DNA from: Thalia democratica
Taxonomy: Eukaryota
DNA: 54,132 nucleotides
NCBI GenBank assembly: GCA_965202585.1
Contig: OZ241827.1
Span: forward strand, 93,062,001-93,116,132
Direction of reading: 5' to 3'
The notes beneath the pieces are model-generated. The model was not told the DNA's origin and searched no databases. It saw only the letters and a program-made list of their open reading frames with translations. Positions within the stretch are counted from its first letter, which is position 1; the number at the start of each line of letters is the position of its first letter. Of the stretch, positions 30,054 to 41,880 are shown piece after piece. The translations under genes and the position numbers were made by a program.

Positions 30054-30830
30054 CTAGAAACATAATAGTTTAGCTTTCTATCTATTTTAAACTCATTTCT
30101 GTACTGATTTTCAAAAGTTCTTAACCGTAATTAGAATACTGATCATTTTACGAGTTTTTTTTTAAACAAGATAATACACTATGAAATCTAGACACACATT
30201 TTCTTAAATTTCGAGTTTTAATTTAAAAATTATTAATATTTTTCAAAATGACATCACTAGAAACTTTTTAAGACTGCCTGATTTTAAAGATTTTATTTTT
30301 CTTTAAGTATAAAATTGTAACTAATTAAATGTAAACAAACTTTATAACAAGTTTTGGTATACATTCTCTTAAAGTTTTATAATTAAGAAAAAAATCTCAT
30401 GTTAAATACAGTCTAACACATCAAATTTCAAAACCTATAAATTATTAGTAAATAATTTAGTAAAGTTATTGTTTTTATTTATATTTATCCATAAAATATG
30501 GGTAGCAGTTCTTAAGTAATGTTTGCTGGACATATCTAATCATATTTATCGATGTTTTAAGGCTTTATTTTTAAAAAGATAAAAATTAAAATTAAACATT
30601 AAAAAAAAAAACTTTAGACAACTAAAATTGCATGCTTTTTACTTGGATAGTAATAAAGTAACTTATACATGTCTTAAACTTACAGTTTATATCTTATTTG
30701 AAGATATATAGTTATGATCATAGATTTAAAAATTCGACCACTTTTGATTTATTATAATGTCAAAATTACATCTGATATGCAAACTTTGTCTGTAAAATTG
30801 TACATTCATAAATATATAAAGCAAGTTTTT

Positions 30831-31201
30831 TCTTGGGACACCTTTTTTTATTATTTTTTCTGAATAGATCCACGTACACTTTATTAAAGTAATCATTTAC
30901 TATCCTTAACATGATTCATTTTACTTGATTTTTTGATAGAACATATGCTTCACCAAATGCTTTGGTCCACTTTGATAATAATTTCTTACGTACTTAATGT
31001 ATGCCAAAACCAAATAAGATGCAAAACTGTGTTTCCGCATATTTAGAAAACCCTCATTTTACCGTTAACTAAATCATTTGTTGTAGGATATGTTCTACCA
31101 AAAACACCAAGTTAAACGAAACTTATTAATAGTAGTTAATGATAACTTTAAGTAACCGTTGAGTAATTCTAAAAGAAATAAAAAATAAAGGTGTCCCAAG
31201 A
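30831..31201. mobile_element. Fold-back/MITE-like element (371 bp) in the mucin-like gene intron
   Basis: Perfect 15-bp inverted repeat TCTTGGGACACCTTT / AAAGGTGTCCCAAGA, with degenerate similarity extending about 25 bp further inward. Confidence 0.55.
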
Positions 31202-32542
31202 TATAATATAATAATATCTTGACAAAAAAGCAAATCACAACTACTGTCTACGTATCATATAATTGTAATACTTTTTTACTATTAATATGCTTTGGGTTAA
31301 TATTTTTTTATTCTTTAAAGAGTAATTAACAATAGTTATTATCAATTCAGTACCAAGTAAAATTTAGTTTTACTATATGTATAATATAGCGCTTAGCAAG
31401 GTTTAGGATTTTGAACATTTTATAGATTAAGCTCATACCTTACTAAGAACTAAGTCTTGTAGATAACATTTTTATGCAATAACACAATACTAAACTGCTA
31501 TGAGTTAAAAACTAAAAAACCATTTATATAAAGCTTTTAAATTACAGAATTAAAACAATGAAAAAACTGACACATTATATCTTCATTAATTAAAATGTTT
31601 AATAATACTCTAAAAACTTCAATAATATTATTTTTGAAAACCATATTTAAACTAAAGTTAATATTTAGTTTAAATTTTAGTTAACTAAAGATAAACATAT
31701 TTAAATAACATATTTAAACTTAAGTTAAAAAAACTTAATACAACTAAATAACTATTGTTTTATTAAATAAAATATTTTATACTTAAACAACTAAATAATA
31801 CTATTTTTAATGAATTTAAATGCAATTCACTAAAAAACAGGTCTAATTTTGTTTCTTTAGGTAAGGCAGTCTCATTACTTATAATATCTAATAACTGAAA
31901 ATGATTCAAAATGCATTCTTTATCTATATCAAAATTAAATTTAAATGGCATTACATTAACTATATTATATTAAGTAACGATATTACTGGTTAACTGACAT
32001 TCAAAACCAAAGAAACTAAAAGTTAAAACAACAAAAGAATTTGTTTTTTATATTACAAAAGTACGATAATACAGAAAAATGATGCAAATTTTGTGCTATT
32101 ATGACGTCATATTGTATCAAAAGCAGTTGAAATGTCTTTAAATGTTTGCTTAAAGTTACAAGCTTTTGTTTAAATTTAAGTAGTAAGTCTATAACAGGTA
32201 TAAGTAACTTAATTACTATATAACTGAAAAAATCAATAAATATGTAACTTTTAAGATGCTAACTGTTTTTTTTTCAAAATTTTGATCTTAATTTCTGAAC
32301 TATTTTCAATAAAAGTAAGCACATCCGAATCATATGCTTAATTATAAGTTAATATGAATTACTCCCTACTTATACATAAAACTAAATACTTTCTTATATT
32401 ATCTAATCACAGCACAACAATTATTTGCAACTTAGAAGGTTTGTCTGATTTTTCAAAAGACTAATCTTAGTATACCTAGATCTTAAGCTATAAAACATTC
32501 CTTTTAATAGAAATAACAAATTCAAAAATAAAATTTACTTAC

Positions 32543-32642
32543 TTTTTGTTGCGGTTAAACCAAGAGTTCTTACTTCTTTTCTTCCTGACCAGGATAATAG
32601 CCAGAACTAACAACATCAGTGTCACAAACACAGCAACGGCTC
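32543..32642 (-). CDS. Transmembrane exon of the mucin-like gene
   Basis: Acceptor TTTTTCAG and donor GTAAGT; encodes GAVAVFVTLMLLVLAIILV followed by stop-transfer RKKRSKNSWFNRNK; phase matches the donor at 33013. Confidence 0.85.
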
Positions 32643-33013
32643 CTGAAAAACAGACAATATTTATTTTAAAGTAGTTTTAAATAAAAAGTAATTTAGATGT
32701 TTATAGAGTTATACTGTTAATATCAAATCTGTAAAAAATTCTTATTATATGATAAATTTTAGTGGTAATAATTTTGCATGTAAAAATACTATATTTAAAA
32801 GTAATTTTAAATACTATAAAACTGAGGTTACTATTAACTTATACTGTAAAAGACAGATATGAAAAAATACAATGTATAAATACTGCAAAAAATTAATTTG
32901 TATGAATATATATCATTTTAGTAGTTACACATTTATTGCCTGTGCTGTACAACAAATATAAACACAACACTTAAAAACTCAATCAAATGTTTTAAATAAC
33001 AATAAACACTAAC

Positions 33014-36000
33014 CTCCAACAAGCATTGGAACATTTGCGCTTTCTTGCTGACTGCCCGGTCCTCCAACATGTTTTTCCGTCTTCATTTCAACCTCAGTAG
33101 CTGAAGTGGTAAATTCAGGAGCCCTAGTAGCTGAAATAGTAAATTCAGGAACCTCAGTAGCTGCAGTAGTAAATTCAGGAACCTCAGTAACTTCAGTGGT
33201 AAACTCAGGAACCTCAGTAGCTACAGTGGTAAATTCAGGAATCACAGTAGCTACAGTAGTAAATTCAGATACCTCAGTAACTTTAATGTCGAATTCAAGA
33301 ACCTCAGTAGCTTCAGTGGTAACTTCAGGATTCTCAGTAGCTACAGTGGTTAATTCAGGACCCTTAGTAGCTGCAGTGGTAAATTCAGGACCCTCAGTAG
33401 CTGCAGTGGTAAATTCAGGAGCCTCAGTAGCTGCAGTGGTAAATTCAGGACCCTCAGTAGCTGCAGTGGTGAATTCAGGAACCTCAGTAGTTGCAGTGGT
33501 AAATTCAGGAACCTCAGTAGCTGCATTGGTAAATTCAGGAACCTCAGTAGCTGTAGAAGTAAAATCAGGACCCTCAGTAGCTGCAGTGTAGATTCAGGAA
33601 CCTCTGTAGCTGTAGTGATAAATTCAGGAACCTCTGTAGCTGCAGTGGTAAAATCAGGAATCTCAGAAACTTCAGTAGTAAATTCAGGAACCTCAGTAGC
33701 TTCAGTGGTTAATTCAGGAACCTCAGTAGCTGCAGTGATAAATTCAGGAACCTCTGTAGCTGCAGTGGTAAATTCAGGAACCTCAGTAGCTGCAGTGGTA
33801 AATTCAGGATCCTCTGTAGCTGCAGTGGTAAAAACAGGAATCTCAGTAACTTCAGTAGTAAATTCAGGAACCTCAGTAGCTGCAGTGGTAAATTCAGGAT
33901 CCTCAGTAGCTGCAGTGGTAAATTCAGGATCCTCTGTAGCTGCAGTGGTAACTTCAGGATCCTCAGTAGCTGTAGTGGTAAATTCAGGAACCTCAGTAGC
34001 TTCAGTTGTAACTTCTGTAACCTCAGTAGCTGCAGTGGTAAATTCAGAAACCTCAGTAGCTGCAGTGGTGAATTCAGGACCCTCAGTAGCTGCAGTAGTA
34101 AATTCAGGAACCTCAGTAGCTTCAGTGGTAACTTCAGGAACCTCAGTAGCTGCAGTGGTAAATTCAGGAACCTCAGTAGCTGCAGTGGTAAAATCAGGAC
34201 TCTCAGTAGCTGCAGTGGTAAATTCAGGCACCTCAGTAGCTTCAGTTGTAGATTCAGGCATTTCAGTAGCTTCTGTGGTAAATTCAGGACCCTGTGTAGC
34301 TGTAGTTGTAAATTCAGAAACCTCAGTAGCTGTAGTTATAAATTCAGGAAATTTAGTAGCTGCAGTTGTAAATTCAGTAACCTCAGTAGCTTCAGTGGTA
34401 AAATCAGGTCCCTCAGTAGCTGCAGTGGTAAATTCAGGAACCTTAGCAGCTGCAGTGGTAAATTAAGTAACCTCAGTAGCTTCAGTGGTAAAATCAGGAC
34501 CCTCAGTAGCTGCAGTGGTAAATTCAGAAACATCAGTAGCTGCAGTGGTAAATTAAGGAATCTCAGTAGCTTTAGTGGTAAATTCAGTAACCTCAGTAGC
34601 TACAGTGGTAAATTCAGGAATCTCAGTAGCTTTAGTGGTAAATTCAGGAACCTTAGCAGCTGCAGTGGTAAATTCAGGAATATTAGTAACAGCAATTGTA
34701 AATTCAGGAACCTCAGTAGCTGTAGTGGTAAATTCAGAAACCTCAGTAAATGCATTGGTAAATTCAGGAACCTCAGTAGCTGTAGTTGTTAATACAGAAA
34801 CTTTAGTAGCTACAGTGGTATATTTAGGAACCTCAGTAGCATCAGTGGTAAATTTAGGATCCTCATTAGCTGCAGTAGTAAATTCAGGACCCTTAGTATT
34901 TGCAGTGGTAAATTCAGGAACCTCAGTAGCTGCAGTGGTAAATTCAGGACCCTCAGTAGCTGCAGTGGTAAGTTCAGGAATCTCAGCAGCTGCAGTGGTA
35001 AATTCAGGAACCTCAGTAACTGCAGTGGTAAATTCAGGAACCTCAGTAACTGTAGTGGTAAGTTCAGGAACCTCAGTAGCCGCAGTGGTAAATTCAGGAA
35101 CCTTAGTAGCTGCAGTGGTAAATTCAGGAACCTCAGTAGCTGTTTTAGTAGATTTAGGAACCTTAGTAGCTGCTGTGGTAACTTCAGGAGCCTCAGTAGC
35201 TGTAGTGGTAAATTCAGGAACCTCAGTAGCTGCTGTGGTAAATTTATGAACTTCAGTAGCTGCAGTGGTAAATTCAGGAACCTCAGTAGCTGCAGTGGTT
35301 AATTCAGGAAGCTCAGTAGCTGCATTGGTGAATTCAGGACCCTCAGTAGCTACAGTGGTAAATTCAGGAACCTCAGTAGCTGCAGTGGTAAATTCGGGAC
35401 CCATAGTAGCTGCAGTGGTAAATTTGGGAACCTTAGTAGCTGCAGTGGTAAATTCAGGAACCTCAGTAGCTGTTTTAGTAGATTTAGGAATCTTAGTAGC
35501 TGCTGTGGTAACTTCAGGAGCCTCAGTAGCTGTAGTGGTAAATAAAGGACCCTCAGTAGCTGCAGTGGTAAATTCAGAAACCTCAGTAAATGCATTGGTA
35601 AATTCAGAAACCTCAGTAGCTGCAGTTGTAAATTCAGGAACCTCAGTAGCTTCAGTGGTAAATTTAGGATCCTCATTAGCTGCAGTAGTAAATTCAGGAC
35701 CCTTAGTAGCTGCAGTGGTAAATTCAGGAACCTCAGTAGCTGCAGTGGTAAGTTCAGGAATCTCAGCAGCTGCAGTGGTAAGTTCAGGAATCTCAGCAGC
35801 TGCAGTGGTAAATTCAGGAACCTCAGTAGCTGTAGTAGTAAATTCAGGACCCTCAGTAGCTGTAGTGGTAAACTCAGGAACCTCAGTAGCTTCAGTGGTA
35901 AATTCTGGAACCTCAGTAGCTGCAGTGGTAAATTCAGAACCCTCAGTAGCTTCAGTGGTAAATTCAGGAACCACAGTAGCTTCAGTGGTAAATTCAGGAA

Positions 36001-36486
36001 ACTCGGTAGCTGCAGTGGTAAATTTAGGAACATCTGAAGATTCAGTGGTAAATTCAGGAACCTCAGTAGCTGTAGTGGTAAATTCAGGAACCTCAGTAGC
36101 TGCAGTGGTAAATTCAGGACCCTCAGTAACTGCTGTGGTAAATTCTGGAACCTCAGTAGCTACAGTGGTAAATTCAGGAACCTCAGTAGCTGTAGTGGTA
36201 AATTCAGAAACCTCAGTAGCTGTAGTGGTAAATTCATGACCCTCAGTAGCTGTAGTATTAAATTCAGGACCCTGTGTAGCTGCAGTTGTTAATTTAGGAA
36301 CCTCAGTAGCTTTAGTGGTAAATTCAGGACCCTCAGTAGCTGCAGTGGTAAATTCAGGACCCTCAGAAGCTACAGAGGTAAATTCAGAAACCTCAGTAGA
36401 TGCAGTGGTTACTTCTAGAACGTGAGTAGTCTCAGGTATTTTAGTAGTCTTAGAAGTTTTTAGAGACATCTCTTGATTGATTTCAT
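33014..36486 (-). CDS. Giant Thr/Glu/Ala/Pro-rich mucin-like exon of a type I membrane glycoprotein, disrupted by TAA at 34553-34555 and 34463-34465 and a 1-bp deletion near 33588
   Basis: Acceptor TTTTCAG at 36487, donor GTTAGT at 33013; 10-aa repeat TEVPEFTTAA; the frame is open for about 644 codons before the first stop and resumes to ...SANVPMLVGG after correcting the frameshift. Confidence 0.8.
33091..36420 (-). repeat. Coding minisatellite, about 111 copies of a 30-bp unit
   Basis: Plus-strand consensus CCTCAGTAGCTGCAGTGGTAAATTCAGGAA, in register over 3330 bp except for one 1-bp deletion. Confidence 0.98.
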
Positions 36487-39400
36487 CTGAAAACAAAAAA
36501 TTATTAATGTTTTTTAACTTTTATTGAAAACTTTTAGCTACTTATTTTATCATTGAGATTAAATCAATATGCTATTGTAGTTAATTTAATGACGTTAATT
36601 TTGTTTTGTCAATCTAAAAAAAAGTTGTTTTAAGTTGAAAAAATATATATTTTAAATAATGTGTACATATATTTCGGTTTTACTTTCGTTTACAATGATT
36701 TAAATATTAAAAGCTTGATACTTTATAAGTAACTAACCAAACACATTAAGGTCAACTCTTTTAGTCCTCGACTTGACTGTGCTGTGTAGATGCATTGTTT
36801 ATTTTGAAAATTTATTATGTAAAAATTATAAGTATAAGTTTTTAGTAATTCCTAATTATTAACAGTTTTTCTTGCTTTTCTTTTGTTTAAAATTAAATAG
36901 TATAATCATTTATTTGGTTTACTTGATTTTGACTTTAATTTTAATGTTTAAAAATACTTTGTATAGTTACATTTATACTATTTTTTTATCATATTCTACG
37001 TCAAGAAAAACTAAACTAGCACTTCACCTATATTTAAAAAAGTTTAAAAAACTAACAAGTAGATAAACTTTTGTTGACTCGTAAATATCGTAATTCTTTA
37101 AAATAAATTTTGTTTTAATAAAAAACAAAACTTAAACTGCTATATGAACTAAATTTGTACTGTTCGAATTAAAATAAACTTTTATAAGTGTATCCCAGTA
37201 TAAAGCTTAAAATATTATTTGTTTAAATGTCTTAAATTTCTTTTATAATTTATTTTTTAATATAAATGCATATTCAATTTTACTATATTTTTTTTAACTT
37301 TCATAAAGGTTTATATTCACAGCACTTTGAAAAATTCAATTCTTTCTAACATTCAAATGTAACTTAGTTTTGTAATCAGTTGACAAGTAAAAATATAATT
37401 GTCTAGTTTTGCTTATCTTATTATTTCATACAATGCTAAAGTAGAAATAATTGAAGTTTTTAATAATTATATGTTTATCTCATTAAATCTAAATTAATCC
37501 TGAGCTTAAATGTTTAAAATTTATTCTAACAATGTTTTTTAAACTTAATTCTTTTTAAACTTATAAGCTTTTAAAACTTTAAACAGTTTAAAACTGAATA
37601 AAATAAATTGAGTTCAACAACTTCTCAACAACTGAGCAATATAAAATAATTAACCTTAAATAATGAAAACTTTGTTTATTTATTGGACTTGACAGTCAGT
37701 GGTTATATATTATAACTCAATTGTATTAACACAATAAGTTTAATTGAACTTGAAAAATTAGTTAAAGATTTTTCTTTAAAAACAACATTATTAAGTTTAA
37801 ATCCAGTTAATAAAATGGTATACATTTTTCAACGTAAAGGTTTTACTGATTTTATTAAAAAAAAATAATAATTACTACCAATGAATTAATGTTTTCTTAT
37901 AAGCAATATGAGAATTTAATTTTAATAAACTTAAAGAAAAGAAACTACGATACTTACTAAAATATCACTTATGCCTCAAACAGTTTTAAAGCATTAGTAG
38001 ATTGAAAGTTTTCACAAGCTAGTTTTGTGATTCAAACGGAATAAAAGAACAAATAGAAACTTTTTTTGACTTGAGTTTACTTGGGCTATTTTTAAACTTA
38101 ATACTTAAAAAAAAAAAAACATAAATAATGCAAATTTATAGAAAAGTGTGTTTAAATAACTCAGCGGAAAATTGGTTTTATGGTTATGAAATTTTTTACA
38201 AGTGTTGCTAAAGTTCAACAAAATTTTTAATTTACGAAAACTCAAAATTTTATAATATGGTGCTTCAGCAATTATTTGTTTTGATAAAAAAAAAGCTACC
38301 ATGTTAAGTTTTCGGTTGACGTTAGTAATTGTAAGTTTAATTCAGTTCAGAATAAATAAAATACTTGACTTTCAAAAGTACTAATATTGCACATGTTTCT
38401 TGGACCATAAATTTTATTTTTGGAAGAAAAATTTAAAAGTAGCTAAAACTTTAAAAAATTGACCTGTTAGTTAAAACAATTTAGTTTTAAAAGCTTAAAT
38501 GATTACAGTTTTAAAACGTCTAGTTATTTAAAACCTGAGCTTAAAAGCTTTTCAGCTTTAATTTATTACTAAAAACATTTTGAGATATAGTTCTTGCTAA
38601 CCTTTTGTACTAAAGTGTATGCCATTACTACTTTTACATTAAAATAACTTAAGCTGTTTTTATTTTTTTTTTTTAATATAGTGATAAAATTTTTACTCAG
38701 ATATTTAAAAAAGTATTTTTTTTTCTTTACTAAGTGTTTTTAATTTTAAACAGCATTCAAGTATTTTCAATACAAAAAATGAGTTAAACATATAATTTTA
38801 TTAATTAAAAGGTTTAACTACAAAACTTCAATTATTTTTTGTTTTTTTTTTATTGATAACGCAAAAATAATTATTTTAAGGTTATGCTACTTTAAATCAC
38901 TAATTAAAATTACTTTCAGGTACATGTTTTAATAATATGTCGTTGAACAAATCGAAATAAATTAATGTGTTATAACAAAATTAATATATTTCATTTTGAC
39001 AATACATCACTTTAATAACAAAATCATAACTGAAAATATTTGAACAGAGTTGCATCAGTGTAATTATAAGTGAGCGGAGTTTCATTTTAATTTAATCATG
39101 ATAAAATCAATCAACCATAAAAAGGAGTTTTTGCTTCAACTGACACTTCAACTAAACTAACTAGCTATTTTTGCAGTCATATTTTGACAGCATACAGTAA
39201 ATATTTGAATATAAAATTACAACCTTAGAGTCAAACAAGAGCCCTATTATAAAAAACATTATTAAATTAAACGATTTTAATTAATTTTTAATTTGTGTAA
39301 ATTTATGAATAATTGCATACAAAAATTCCTGAATACAATTATTATAAAGTTAAAAATATGGTTGGTTAATTAAATTCTTAGAAAAATTAGGTTAAATTTT

Positions 39401-39993
39401 AAAATTCCTTTCTAAAGAAATTTTAATGAAAATCTTAATAAGATTTAAAACGACAACAAAATGTAAGTAGTTATTAATTGAAAAAATATTTTCAAGCAAA
39501 GTTTACTTTAAAGTTTTTTTCATTGTCGTTTTATTAACAATAATCAAAACTGTGTTAATCTTTGTCTAAAATTTTTTTATTTCATTAATAACATTTTAAA
39601 TTTTCGTTATTAAACATATTAACTCTGAAATACTAAGTTCTAATATTTTAAAGCAGAATAGATCTCTTATCATATATATTAAACTACTTTTTTTTTCTTT
39701 GTTGTTTAAATATTCATTAGCCATGGGAAAAAACCAAAATACTAAAAGTTTTAAAAAACTTCTCTCTTGTAACTAAAATAAAAAGGATATCAACGTTTGA
39801 TAAAAAAGCTTCACAATAAAACAAAAGCAACTATTTTTTACCATTTCTGTATGTAGTACACACATAATACCATGTACAGTTAACAAATGTTTTACTTTTT
39901 TAACTTAGCCAAACGTAAAAGAGAGAATTTTTTTCTTTTTATGTTGTATTTAAGGAAATATTGCATCAGCATTTACCCGCGTTTCATAGAACA

Positions 39994-40250
39994 AGTAAAA
40001 TTTCAAGTTACATAGCTATAAATAATTCCATGTAAATTTTCAAGTAACGCAGCTGTAAAAAAGTTCCTTGTAAATTTTCAAGTTACGCAGCTGTAAAAAA
40101 ATTCCTAGTAAATTTTCAAGTTACACAGCTGTAAAAAAGTTCCTTGTAAAATTTTCAAGTTACACAGCTGTAAAAAGTTCATTGTATTTTTTCAAGTTAC
40201 ACAGCTGTAAAAAAGTTCCATGTAAAATTTCAAGTTACATAGCTATAATA
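39994..40250. repeat. Minisatellite, 7 copies of a ~38-bp unit
   Basis: Consensus TGTAAATTTTCAAGTTACACAGCTGTAAAAAAGTTCCT; units start near 39994, 40031, 40069, 40107, 40145, 40183 and 40221. Confidence 0.92.
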
Positions 40251-40903
40251 AATACATAAATTTGAATAGTCTGAATCTGAATTGTCCAAATTTGAAAAGT
40301 TGTGCACCCATAAGAAAATAAATTTGAGTTACTAACGTTTTTTAATTATATAAATAGTAGTTAGTGGGTATTAACTCTATTCTATTTATGACTGGGTTTT
40401 AGTTCGAGAATTTCAGACCTTAACATATATTTACAAAAAACAAATGGAAATTGTAAGTTCTGAGTTATCTAAAGTTTTAAAATTACGTGGTTCACAAGAA
40501 TTTGATTTTTAGAACTGGCAAGCAGATCCCAAATTCATAGGATTTGAGAAAAAATGTTCTTTAAGACGACAAAAAAATTAATTAGGTATTTAACCAGTTC
40601 AGAAGTGATATCTAACAAATAACGGTACGTTTTTGGTTTGTCAAGAAGGCGTTAATAAACATTGTTTAGGAAAACTTGTACGTAGATTAAAAAAAACTTA
40701 ACAAACAGTAAATTAAAAATTTCTTAACTCTCAATAGGTTAGTAAAATATAAAAACTTATAAAAACATATTAATCTTGCGGAAAGAATAAAAATTAATAA
40801 TACACAAAGTGCTAAATTTTTTACTAAATATAATTTTATTGGACATTATATATTAACGAAACGAAAATCAATGTGTCCTAGATTCTACTTGAATTCATCT
40901 TTC

Positions 40904-41880
<977 letters not shown>

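Noticed and set aside
31763-31951. 62-aa minus-strand ORF as an additional mucin cytoplasmic exon
   Set aside because: No convincing phase-compatible splice sites identified and no recognisable domain.
33106-36239. Long plus-strand ORFs (VVNSGTSVAA repeats) and alternative minus frames (LNLPLQLLRF repeats)
   Set aside because: These are by-products of a 30-bp unit lacking stops in those frames; only the TEVPEFTTAA frame links by splice sites to a TM exon.
39994-40250. Possible CRISPR array
   Set aside because: Units are contiguous with no unique spacers, the context is eukaryotic, and there are no cas genes.
40780-40903. Replication-dependent histone stem-loop and histone gene cluster
   Set aside because: No stem-loop is seen; the gene has introns and AATAAA, and no H2A, H2B, H4 or H1 genes are present.
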